A stretch of 64,000 nt of DNA. It comes from Giardia intestinalis. Its lineage: Eukaryota. Under the pieces are notes generated by a model. It was not told the DNA's origin, did no database searches, and was given only the letters and a program-made list of their open reading frames with translations. Positions 46,141-56,145 of the stretch are shown here, one piece after another. The translations under genes and the position numbers were made by a program. The stretch is from the NCBI GenBank assembly GCA_000002435.2, contig CM018789.1; one strand, given 5' to 3'. How positions within the stretch are numbered: the stretch's first letter is position 1; every line of letters starts with the position of its first letter.

Positions 46141-46969
46141 GCTAGAGGCGTGTATCGCTAAGCATACCCTCGCAGACGCCGATCTAACTCATCAGCATAT
46201 GCAGATCCGCTGTATACCAATAGACGTCAAGGACCACGAATCTCTTAACAGGAAGCTGTATGATGAGTTGCGATTCCTTTTCACGGGGACCGCATGCCCA
46301 GAAATTCGTGAGATCTACACACGGTACTTCACCAGAAATGACATTAGCATTGAAAACCGCCGAGAGCGTGCTTGGAAGCACTTTCTAGCGTCTAGACGGG
46401 CTCACAACCTGCCTCAGATTGCATTAGAGGTCAATGGCGCATTTTATATTTTAGAGGACGACCCACGGGGAAGGATTGCCCGTCTCCCTGCGTCCCTGCA
46501 GGGAAAGGCGCAAGGATTGTTAAATAAAAATAGATCACACCCAGAATCTAGTCTCAAGTCTGCCAAGTATAAGAAGTACATGGTAGGACTTGATGAGCCT
46601 AAATATCAGATACGCAGCCTATCTGAGTCAGCTGCCCGGAGGTTCGGAGCGTCAGCTGCCACCTCATCTATCGTCCTTCCTGTTGCAGAGTGGCGCAAGC
46701 TCACAGAGGAGAGAATTGAAACACACCACGATCATTGTGCAGCTACTTCCTCTATCTTCGCAGATTCTGACCTTCCGTACGATTGTGCTTCCAGCTTAGG
46801 GCCAACTTTCAACGTTTTGGAACGCTATCGGTCAATAGATAACTTTGATCGAGATCTCGCCAAAGAGACTCAGAGAGACGAGAAAACCAAGGAGCCAACT
46901 GAGTGGTACGAGATCTATAAGAGTGATATTCTCACTGTTATAAAGAATATCTATCGCAAAAACATGTAG
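46100..46969 (+). CDS. hypothetical protein (289 aa)
   Basis: ATG-initiated ORF with an in-frame TAG 9 nt upstream. No domain recognised. Confidence 0.5.
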   Translation: MYVPAPVRKRQLTRLEACIAKHTLADADLTHQHMQIRCIPIDVKDHESLNRKLYDELRFLFTGTACPEIREIYTRYFTRNDISIENRRERAWKHFLASRRAHNLPQIALEVNGAFYILEDDPRGRIARLPASLQGKAQGLLNKNRSHPESSLKSAKYKKYMVGLDEPKYQIRSLSESAARRFGASAATSSIVLPVAEWRKLTEERIETHHDHCAATSSIFADSDLPYDCASSLGPTFNVLERYRSIDNFDRDLAKETQRDEKTKEPTEWYEIYKSDILTVIKNIYRKNM

Positions 46970-46979
46970 CTTTCAAAAA

Positions 46980-49265
46980 ATGACGCTATCGGCCTGGATT
47001 ATACTAGTGACTCTTGCCATGGCATCTGTCCTAACGCCAGAGGACAATGTCCGTCTGCGCCGACTTACTGCGTATGTAGCGAACGCAGACGCCTCCATAG
47101 TCCTTTTAACCTATACAGAGTACGAGGAAGGCACAAACCACGGAAATAGTATGCTCTGGAGAATCAATGACCCGCTTGAGGCTGAATACCCATTTGACCC
47201 GGATGACATATCCCTTTTGAATGCAGAGAGGGTATGTCCCGAGCTTGTAGGAGTTGGGGATCTTCAGTACTCAACGCATAACCAGGCTTTTTACTTTACA
47301 GCCCAGGGGCCAGATGGCACGAGCCAAGTTTACTCGTATAACCACAAGCTGGAGACGTGCACGCAGATATCTTTCCTGCCTATTAGCGTTTCCAACTTGA
47401 AGGTCTCACCCAAAGGCAATTCCGTCTTGTTTTCCGCAGAGATATTTGTTTATCCCAATAACCACGCTTCTGTAGATGATCCCTTAAATTTTGCACACGA
47501 CGAATTTGCACGTATTCAGGCCAGACCCTACAAAGCATTTGCTTACGAGCAATTGTACACACGCCACTGGGATGAGGACATCCTTCCATCGCAGTACCGC
47601 CACCTTTTTGCAGCACGGTTAGAGCGGTCATCTGAGTATGACGACGACTATGTGCGTATCACCGTGGACAACTCAATCGATTTGATGCCTAGATTTGATG
47701 GAGATTGTCCCATGAGGCCGTTTGCAGACGCTTCTTCATACACCTTTGATTCTCATGGCCGGTATGTTGCGTTTGTGACACAAGTGGGGTCAACAGCTGC
47801 CTTTTACACCAATGATTCGATTTGGATCACCGACCTTCAGCAGTTTCTGGACGCTAAGAAACCAGTTCGTGACGTTGTATTGCCTCTTAGATGTGCTACC
47901 TGCTGGAATAAAGCACGAGACCAGCGACCGGCTTTCAGCTATGACGGTATTTTCCTCTACTATGCGTCCATGGACGAAGAGCAAAGTGAGTCTGATCTCT
48001 TACGTCTTCGGAAGCAGAATGTCTCTGATCTCTTTGAGTACGACTGCGATTCACTGTTTTGTGGTCCGGTGACTGGAGAAGGCGTTTTTAATCTGACTGC
48101 CGGCGTTTTTGATAGGTCCATTGGCCAGTTTATTATCCCTACAGACTCCACTGAAGACTCTATCTATATCCTTGCGGAGGATCACGCACGTACCAATCTG
48201 TTTCGATACAACGAAGAATCCTCGACCGTGACTCGTCTGACATACAATGGGACACTCGGGTCTCTGTTATATTTACGGCACAACAAGATTTTCCTTGCTA
48301 CAATGTCTTCGTACACACGCCCAACAGATCTAGTAATGCTGGATCTTACAGTCGCCACTGAATTTACTGCCACGCGGGATCCATCGGATACTATGAAGGA
48401 TGATCTGATTAAGATTAGCTATCTGACTGACTTGAATAGGCAGCGTTTGAGGCACATAGATGAATTACAAGAGCCAGAGGAATTCTATCTCCCCAGCAAG
48501 AGCTTTCCTGACCAGTACGTTCATTCGTGGTACTTTGCTCCAGCGAACCTGAGAGACAGTCACGAGTATCCTCTTATCCTCTATGTGCATGGTGGGCCAG
48601 AATCCCCGTGGGCCAACTCTTGGTCGTACAGGTGGAATCCGCAGCTAATTGCAGCGAGAGGATATGGTGTACTAGCAACAAACTTCCACGGATCCAGTAG
48701 CTTTGGCGAGGTGTTTCAAAAGTCTGTCCGTGGGAATTGGTACAGCTACCCACTGGAGGACATAATGGACGCTTGGTCTAACATTTATACGCATGCGGAT
48801 AAGGCATATCTTAGTAGAGAGAAGGTCTGTGCCATGGGTGCAAGTTTTGGAGCCACGTTCATGAACTACATGAATTCGCACGTCAACAATGTCACTTGTT
48901 ATGTAACTCACGATGGAGTCTTCGACACCATGTGCAATGCGTTGGAGACAGATGAGCTCTTCTTCCCAGTCAGAGAGTTGGGCGGATTTCTCTTGGATGA
49001 GCAGGTGGACAATCAGCAACTCTATGAGAAATGGAATCCAGCGCGATTTGTCGAAAACATGTCCGCGCCAATGCTTGTGATCCATGGGCAAAAGGATTAT
49101 AGAATTCAGGTTTATCACGGGATATCCCTTTTCCAGGCTCTTCGACTCCGAGGAATAAAGACAAAGCTTGTTTACTTTCCCACGCAATCCCACTGGGTAT
49201 GGCAGCCACAAGAGAGCCTTTTCTGGCATACGCAGGTGTTTGACTGGCTAGATACTTACCTTTAG
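46980..49265 (+). CDS. S9-family serine peptidase (prolyl-oligopeptidase / dipeptidyl-peptidase / acylaminoacyl-peptidase type) with N-terminal signal anchor
   Basis: The C-terminal alpha/beta-hydrolase domain has a nucleophile elbow (VCAMGASFGATFMNY), an acid (VIHGQKDYRIQV) and a His (FPTQSHWVW). The long N-terminal region fits a beta-propeller. The N-terminus MTLSAWIILVTLAMASVL is hydrophobic. Confidence 0.8.
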   Translation: MTLSAWIILVTLAMASVLTPEDNVRLRRLTAYVANADASIVLLTYTEYEEGTNHGNSMLWRINDPLEAEYPFDPDDISLLNAERVCPELVGVGDLQYSTHNQAFYFTAQGPDGTSQVYSYNHKLETCTQISFLPISVSNLKVSPKGNSVLFSAEIFVYPNNHASVDDPLNFAHDEFARIQARPYKAFAYEQLYTRHWDEDILPSQYRHLFAARLERSSEYDDDYVRITVDNSIDLMPRFDGDCPMRPFADASSYTFDSHGRYVAFVTQVGSTAAFYTNDSIWITDLQQFLDAKKPVRDVVLPLRCATCWNKARDQRPAFSYDGIFLYYASMDEEQSESDLLRLRKQNVSDLFEYDCDSLFCGPVTGEGVFNLTAGVFDRSIGQFIIPTDSTEDSIYILAEDHARTNLFRYNEESSTVTRLTYNGTLGSLLYLRHNKIFLATMSSYTRPTDLVMLDLTVATEFTATRDPSDTMKDDLIKISYLTDLNRQRLRHIDELQEPEEFYLPSKSFPDQYVHSWYFAPANLRDSHEYPLILYVHGGPESPWANSWSYRWNPQLIAARGYGVLATNFHGSSSFGEVFQKSVRGNWYSYPLEDIMDAWSNIYTHADKAYLSREKVCAMGASFGATFMNYMNSHVNNVTCYVTHDGVFDTMCNALETDELFFPVRELGGFLLDEQVDNQQLYEKWNPARFVENMSAPMLVIHGQKDYRIQVYHGISLFQALRLRGIKTKLVYFPTQSHWVWQPQESLFWHTQVFDWLDTYL

Positions 49266-49277
49266 TCTCTTCTCATA

Positions 49278-49284
49278 AGTAAAT
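49278..49284 (+). promoter_or_regulatory. putative polyadenylation signal (AGTAAAT) of the S9 peptidase gene
   Basis: AGTAAAT lies 13 nt after the TAG stop (49,263-49,265). Confidence 0.45.
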
Positions 49285-49290
49285 GATCGC

Positions 49291-50250
49291 TTACTCGTAT
49301 AAGTGCACAGCGTGGACATTGGTGATAAATTCCTCCAAGTGCCTTCCTGTCTGCATCACAGTTTCAAGAGAAACGTCAGATGTGTTAATTGAAGGTGCCA
49401 CTGTTTCTTTTGCAAGAGAAGATACCTTTAATGTCAATCTGGCGCGATATCCGTCGAATAGTGGAGAGCCATCGGCACACTTCAGCAGCGTACACCAAGC
49501 CTGGAGCTGATGAAAGACAGGCAGATACAGATGATGGCAAGGATGTATCCGTTTAAGATCAAGAGCATTGAGGGAATGGACGTATTCATAGAAATGTGCA
49601 AGAGTGTCAGCCCACTGTGAAGAATGCTGTGCAACGGTGAGCATATGAGGGGTGATTGAAAATTCGCAAAGAAAGGACTTCCGTATCGTAAGAAGCCGAC
49701 TTGTGGTAAGGGACTGCTGCGGTAATAATGAAAGTAGCCACACGTCATACTCTTTCCCCATGCGCATAGCTCGGAGGTGCCGGCCTTTTTTCGGCCGTAG
49801 TGAGAGCATGAAAGATTGGTCTTTATTTTCTAACATACTGCTAGAGTCGTCCGAGGATTCCTCCTTCGATTCTGATAAAGCAGGGGCCACCGAAGTTTCC
49901 GATCCAGTAAGCTGTGGGGGTGCCGGCAAGGGATAGTTGGCAGTCACATGCTGGTTGGCGGAATCTGTCCCTGGAGGCGTCAGCCCCGCCTGCAGAGAAA
50001 CGGGGGTGGCGCATATAACTTTTAGAAGAGGCTCCTGATAACAGAGGTCCTCTTCCTTTTCAACTGTGTTCTCCATAGTAAAGTTTTTGGGCTCCGTTGT
50101 TAGGCACATAAGAGCATTCATAATTGCATAGAGAGGAAGACTCCCCACACACTCTCGCAAGCTCTTTTTCAGATCAATTTCGCAGGCAGCATGCGGCATA
50201 GCCTCACAGCCGTAAGGAATCGCAGATAAAGACCGAGATTGCTTCTTCAT
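49291..50250 (-). CDS. hypothetical protein (319 aa from ATG 50,250; the track ORF extends to 50,385)
   Basis: The track ORF (364 aa) would overlap the Argonaute 3' end by 65 nt. The internal ATG at 50,248-50,250 has a typical initiator (ggaaaaaattATGaag) and removes the overlap. No domain recognised. Confidence 0.5.
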   Translation of the reverse strand: MKKQSRSLSAIPYGCEAMPHAACEIDLKKSLRECVGSLPLYAIMNALMCLTTEPKNFTMENTVEKEEDLCYQEPLLKVICATPVSLQAGLTPPGTDSANQHVTANYPLPAPPQLTGSETSVAPALSESKEESSDDSSSMLENKDQSFMLSLRPKKGRHLRAMRMGKEYDVWLLSLLPQQSLTTSRLLTIRKSFLCEFSITPHMLTVAQHSSQWADTLAHFYEYVHSLNALDLKRIHPCHHLYLPVFHQLQAWCTLLKCADGSPLFDGYRARLTLKVSSLAKETVAPSINTSDVSLETVMQTGRHLEEFITNVHAVHLYE

Positions 50251-50320
50251 AATTTTTTCCGCCAAAGGAAGCAAGAACACATATTTATTCACTAGTTGGC
50301 GCTGTAGCCTAAGTAACGAC

Positions 50321-53023
50321 TTATATGAAGAATGGTCTGTACTGAAGACCAAATATAGCACACGACTCAAATAAGTCATCCCCATTTCTTAAAACCTCCC
50401 CGCAGAATTTAGAAAGGTGATGGGCCATATGTAGGACATGTGGCAAAGATATTGCTTGTGGCCAGTTGACGTACCCGTATGCCATCGCATTTGTCAGCTC
50501 AATGAGCTGATTAAATGAGTCGTTGTCTACTGAGGCCTCCATGGAGTCAAATATGATCTTGTAGCGGATTGGCTTGGGAGTTGTTCCGTGAACTATCGCC
50601 TGACTGGCCATAAGAAACTCGGATCCCTGCTGTCTATTGTCCGGGCTACGGTTAATCACATAGTACCCTGACCGTAAAACAGTACCCCCAACAGCGGAAA
50701 AACGCATAGCGCACGTTTTCTGAGCAACTATAACCTTCAGGTCACACATGGGACGGTTGGATTTGTGATATATTTGACGCAAGCACTCATATAACGACTT
50801 GATTTCTACCTCCAAGGTGGCGCTGATTTGGCTGTCTGATACCCCATCCCGGAAGATGACAATGTGGTCTGGTAAGATCCTGTTATTAAATGCAAGATAC
50901 ACATTACAAGAGTTCTTAATGAAGGCCTCCATAAGAGTTTGCTGCTGGAGCTCTCCCCCATGATTCAATCTGTTTGGCACGAGAGTCTTCTTTTGAGAGT
51001 AAATGTACTCAAAGGAGCCATCATACGTAGATATAAATCCTGCGGTTGATATGGGCACCTCTGCCGGCCTTCCTACGGTCTTCTTCGGGCGAGAGATGTC
51101 AAGTGCACACAGCATCGTAGATTTGGAGTATACATTCTGCGGGGGGAGTACGGGAGCCCACACAGCCCCGCCTGCTTTAGCATATATTTGTTGGCAGACG
51201 CTCCTGAGCACTGCTTGGTCATACCACTGCAGCTCATTTTGAGATGACTTTGGGGCCAAAAGGCACTGGGTAACAATCCCCATATGTGTATAGAATTGCT
51301 TGATACCTTTGTACAAGTCTCCACGATCCTGCTTAGGTCCTGGAATAACGATCACAACAAGTTGAATCTTGGCCACTATCTCACTCTCTCTGGCATCTTT
51401 GTACTCTAATCTAAGCTTATTGAGTAGCGCTTTGAAGGCGTCCTTATATGGTTCCACCCTGTACATCTCACGTCGCTGGTTGCTCAGCTCGACTGCTATA
51501 AGTGGCGGGTCTCCGATGTTAGGAGCCGTAGTGCCTGCCAAGGAGCGAACTCGCTCAGTAAGTTCTTTCCTAAGTCTTCGTGCATAATCATTCCCTAAGT
51601 TCCGTGGAACCATTATCGCCCAAACAGGCATGCCCGTCGCAGGCTGATTGTTATTGGAATAGTAAATCGGAGACACTCCGGGTGATTGGAGAAGATTGTG
51701 AAAGACACCCCCACTATCATCTTCAATGGTAACTATACGAGAGGTATTGTCCATCATGAGCTTGGGGGGCTTGCAGACAAATGTCTCCAGTTCCAGAGGA
51801 TTGCTGGTGAAGCCGAATCCATAATCTCCCAAAAGAGACTGCAGCTCTGTGTCTTCCGCAAGTCTCGCAGCAAACGCTGTTGCTTTTTCGAGCAATGCAT
51901 CTGGGCTCATGGTGCTCAAGGCGACAGCTGCCCTATTAGTGCTGAGCTTGGAGACACCGTAGGGGGCAATTTCATTGTCACTTATAATAATACAAAGGGA
52001 TGATGGTACATTACAAGGTCGTACAACCTTTCCGTTTTGAGTCCTCTTAAGTGGGGTGAGTTTAAGGATGAACTTGTCCTGCTGCATTACAGAGTTACAA
52101 TAATCGTTGTGTCTCAGTAAGGAAAGTCCAGCAGAGTCAATCTTATCTCTATACCTAGTTGAGTAGTAGGTAAAATAGTCTGTTTCATTGCCGTTTGCCA
52201 GTGGCGAGACAATGGTCTGCCCCTGAACTATAGAGTGGACTCTGAAAACCTTTCCGTTGTGCATAGCCATCACAGTGATGACTGCCAGTGCACTAGGGTG
52301 GATGTTTCCACGTCTCTCGGTAAGAAGCTCATTCATGGATTTGGAACGAACCTTTGTTGTTTCTGGAAGGATCTGAAGCCCAAGCTTCCCACGCAATGTC
52401 GCCGTGGTGAGCCGGAAGCCGGGGATCCAGCAGATGTCGTATCCTCTTCCATCAATCTGAATTGCGTGTATAGATGGATTCCTCAAATCGTAAAATCCTG
52501 AGCGAATATTGAGCATACCAAGAGAAGATTCAAAGGTACGTCTAAGTAAAATATTTAGTAGAATCTTCATGGACATCAAGTCCGTGGGATCCATTTGGCG
52601 AACCCGAGTAACCTTGACAGTAGCTTGAACGGGAGTAATGGGCGGTCCTGCTATGTTATTTCGCATGCCCCCTACTCGCCCACCTCTCCTCCTCGGTTTC
52701 TGGGTTGACAGAAATTCAACTGTATGTGTTATAGGCCTGGATCCCAGGTCAATCTGGGAGTAAAAGGAAGATATCGGGCAAGCGTCACTACTAGGGAAAT
52801 CTATAATCAGAGAGTAAAAAAGGCCGTGCTCCAAATTATTTCCAAGGGCCGCGTCCTGTTGCTCGCAAAACCTCTCCAAGGCCCTACAAGAATCTGCGTT
52901 GTCCAGGCTATAGCCTTGATTTGATATATGTATTGAGAGATCATACTGATATACAGGTCTAGCAGATGGTAGAACAGTATACGGATAAAAGTTAATTCGT
53001 GAGGTGACAACATCTGCTACCAT
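50321..53023 (-). CDS. AGO: Argonaute/PIWI protein (900 aa)
   Basis: PIWI motifs are present:
- LCALDISRP (compare GADVTHP)
- [13 protein letters not shown] (compare YRDGVSEGQ)
- [13 protein letters not shown]
- [26 protein letters not shown] (compare [23 protein letters not shown])
- [28 protein letters not shown] (compare [27 protein letters not shown])
The start has an AT-rich initiator (taaaaaactttgtaaATG). Confidence 0.9.
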
Positions 53024-53270
53024 TTACAAAGTTTTTTATATTGATGGAGATCCCAGGTTTGACCTACAAGTGCTCCTGCCAAGGCCCATGCCGCTGCACC
53101 GCAAAGGGGAATAGCGTTGTTTACATAGATCCCAAATTCACGCAATCCAAGGCTACACCGCCAGGTTGTGTTGGACCGAATTGCCCCCCAGGAACTAAAC
53201 CTGTCTCCTAACCTATTTGTAAATAGTAACGTGCGACAAAAATCGAGGCTATTGGTTTGCTTATGCTCCA

Positions 53271-55973
53271 TTAAGGCTCCTGCTCCCCAGGGGCAGCCCC
53301 ACTTCGACCATCATGCGTTACACTAAATCCTCCCCCAACCATTCTGGATGCCGGGCCAGACCCGGAATTTGCTGGCCTAAAGCCGTTTATGCCGCCTTCA
53401 GTGGCTGTCCCGTCACGGAGCATTTGCTCGTATTCTTTCTTCTTCAGAGAAAAGTACTTGCGCTTCATGTCTTGCAGATCACGGGTAAGCCTTTCGATGC
53501 TATCTTTGTACTCGCTAGACTGACTCTGGTACATAGCAAGCTCGCTGCTCAGAGTCTGCAGTTGTCGCGTCTTCGTCTTCAACGCATCCTGATATGCAGA
53601 GAGTTTTTCCAAAACCTCGGACCCTGGTTGCCGCGACAGTACCTTTTTCAGGTCATTGTAGAGCTTCTCCTTTTCTTCTAGCTCAAGATTCTTAGTGGAG
53701 CATTCTTCGGACTTCTGGATAAGTCTTCGCTGGAGATACTGGGTCTTCTTGATCAATTCATATGCTGCAGGATCGGATCCTTCCAGCGAGCGCCATCTAT
53801 GGATATTTACGGGAAGCTGCAGTTCTTGAGACAGCGCCCTGGTCTTTGCGCGCTCGTCGAGCAGGTCACGTTGCAAGCGGTAGAGCTCCTTTTTGTAGGG
53901 TTCTATGCTGGCGGCTTGTCGCCGAAGACTCACTATCTGTCGGCGCAAGTCTGTGATCTTGGCCCGAAGGAGACGAATATCCTCTATCCTGTCTGAATAC
54001 TGCTTTTCTCCCTTTGCCAACGTTGCTTGCTGCACTCTGACACGTTCATAGAGGAGGGAAAGCTCATCATTACGTCGTATCAATTGCGTTCCGAGGATGT
54101 CACGCTCCGATACAACAATACGATACTCCTTCATCTGCCTGTCTCTTTCCATATCAGACTCCGTTATTATGCAATTTAGCTTGGCTATCTCAGTCCTCTG
54201 GATTGCTAGAGCCTCCTCTGCTTCTCGAACCTGCTGCCTGGTCCTCTCAAGCTCCTGGACAGTAGAGTCCTTCTCCTTCAACGCGCTCTTGTGGGCAAAG
54301 TGCTCCTTTAGCAGGCTCTCATCTTTTGTTTGTATCTCCGATTTAAGCTGGTCTATGACGTGAGACAGAACACGAAACTTCCTCCTTAGTTCTGAAACCT
54401 CGTCCTGTGCCTCCACAAGGGACTTTGAGTAAAGATTCCTGTCTGAACGAACACTCTCATAGAGAGCCTGTTGCTGTTTTAGCTTCACATCCGCGTCCGA
54501 TACCCTTTTTTGAAGATCTGAGATCGCTAGATCACGGACCCGTATCTCCTGCACGGCCTGAAGATACTTTTGCTGGGCCTCGGTGGACTTTTGGGAGAAC
54601 ATTTCCCTCTCTTTTTCAAGCGAGAAGATGATTTTGCGCTGCTTTTGTGATTCATTTCTAAATGAGAGTATCTCTTGCTCGTAGTTTTTGGCTTGGTTCT
54701 CCATACGCTTTAGTAGATCGTCCTTGTCTGCTATGGAAACTTGGGCAACATGAAGCGATTTCCCAACAAGCTGAGCTTCTCGACTCAGCTGATCGTGCTC
54801 GCGGCCAATTTCGTTATTCTCATGCTTAAGTTGCTTGAGCTCTTGTTCAGCTTGCGTCAGCTGTCCCTTGAGCTGCTCTACCTTCTCTTCTGTATTATGC
54901 TTGGCTATCTCCAGCGAGTCCAGCTTACTCTGCAGAGAAGTGAGAGTTTTTTGGGCTTTTGCAGCCTCTGCTCGAGCCTGTGCTGCCTCTTGTAGATGCT
55001 GTTGGATCTGTGTTTCCTTCTCGGCGTTAGAGCTCTGTAGATTAGTGGATTGTCTGTTTGCTTCAGAAAGATCGGCCTTTAGCTTGTGTATTTTGTCCTG
55101 TAAAGAGCTTATTGTAGCCTTTGTTTTCTGGAGCTCTTCATATTCTTGTCCAGATCGTGTTTCGGCTTTGGTAAGCTCTGTCTTGAGGTGATTCACATCC
55201 TGTTCCTTGTTGGCTATATCTCGCTCGAGGTTCTCACACTTTAGACGGAGGGATGCTAGCTCACGGTCCAAATGCTCCCTACGCTGTAACTCCCGGGCTG
55301 CCTCAGATCTGTGTTGCGCGACCTGCTCTTTCAGCGCACGTACACGTAACTCCGAACTGACCTTTTCAGACTCTAGTTGTTTAATGCGATCTAGATGTTG
55401 ATTAAGCTCTTCCCGGAGAAGAGAAATGCGCTTTCCTCTGTTTTCGTACTCCTGTTGCAGCACTGCCTTCGCTCTCAGAAGGTCTTCAATATTCTGTTCT
55501 TCTGGTACTCCTACGTTAGTTCCTGCTGTCGCTGTATCTATCATCCCTCTAAGGGATTGGACCTCGGCTCTCAATTTATCAATCTGCTCGGTTTGAACTC
55601 CTTCCTTCTCACGTGCCAAATCGACAATCTTCCATGCTTTGTCTATTTCTGCCTTTAGTGAAGAAATGGTTGATTGATCCTCCTTTGAAAGCCGTAACGC
55701 AGTCTTTATCTTCTGATTATTGATGCTCAGATTCTGGGCTAGCTCTCTTACACGCTGTACAAGAAGCTTCTCGTTCTCGTGCGATTTTCGCAATGCTGTG
55801 TGAAGCTTCTCGTATTCTGTCCGAAACAGGTCTAGAGAAGAGTCACCAACCAGTTCGGCCAAAACTTCGTGGAAGTCTCTCTCAATGGCCGCAAATGCAG
55901 CATCATCGATGGCCAGGTCATATGCCGCAAGTGCCTTCTCGTCTATCTGGATAGGATCGGGATTATCTGCCAT
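53271..55973 (-). CDS. long coiled-coil protein, possible CFAP58 (cilia/flagella-associated protein 58) homologue (900 aa)
   Basis: The N-terminus AAFAAIERDFHEVLAELVGDSSLDLFRTEYEKLHTALRKSHENEKLLVQRVRELAQNL resembles the CFAP58 opening as I remember it (ERDFQ.VL.EL.GDKSLEKFR.EYE.LH...KS..NEK.L). The rest is almost entirely heptad-rich coiled coil. Confidence 0.6.
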   Translation of the reverse strand: MADNPDPIQIDEKALAAYDLAIDDAAFAAIERDFHEVLAELVGDSSLDLFRTEYEKLHTALRKSHENEKLLVQRVRELAQNLSINNQKIKTALRLSKEDQSTISSLKAEIDKAWKIVDLAREKEGVQTEQIDKLRAEVQSLRGMIDTATAGTNVGVPEEQNIEDLLRAKAVLQQEYENRGKRISLLREELNQHLDRIKQLESEKVSSELRVRALKEQVAQHRSEAARELQRREHLDRELASLRLKCENLERDIANKEQDVNHLKTELTKAETRSGQEYEELQKTKATISSLQDKIHKLKADLSEANRQSTNLQSSNAEKETQIQQHLQEAAQARAEAAKAQKTLTSLQSKLDSLEIAKHNTEEKVEQLKGQLTQAEQELKQLKHENNEIGREHDQLSREAQLVGKSLHVAQVSIADKDDLLKRMENQAKNYEQEILSFRNESQKQRKIIFSLEKEREMFSQKSTEAQQKYLQAVQEIRVRDLAISDLQKRVSDADVKLKQQQALYESVRSDRNLYSKSLVEAQDEVSELRRKFRVLSHVIDQLKSEIQTKDESLLKEHFAHKSALKEKDSTVQELERTRQQVREAEEALAIQRTEIAKLNCIITESDMERDRQMKEYRIVVSERDILGTQLIRRNDELSLLYERVRVQQATLAKGEKQYSDRIEDIRLLRAKITDLRRQIVSLRRQAASIEPYKKELYRLQRDLLDERAKTRALSQELQLPVNIHRWRSLEGSDPAAYELIKKTQYLQRRLIQKSEECSTKNLELEEKEKLYNDLKKVLSRQPGSEVLEKLSAYQDALKTKTRQLQTLSSELAMYQSQSSEYKDSIERLTRDLQDMKRKYFSLKKKEYEQMLRDGTATEGGINGFRPANSGSGPASRMVGGGFSVTHDGRSGAAPGEQEP

Positions 55974-56145
55974 GAGTCTTTTTCCAGATTTTGCAAAATT
56001 AAATGTCTTAATTAATTTACAAATTTAATTATGGAAAAACTCAAGCAAAAACACTACAGTTATTCAATTAGAAATAGATTTAATAGAAGATTGGCACTGG
56101 CAGAACATTTATTGTGAGGCTACAGACGAAGATGAGAATGGAAGA

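Noticed and set aside
53017-53271. An 84-aa minus-strand ORF fills the gap between the CFAP58-like stop and the AGO start.
   Set aside because: It overlaps the AGO start codon and the neighbour's stop, and it has an odd composition with no initiator context. The region is more likely the AGO promoter/UTR.
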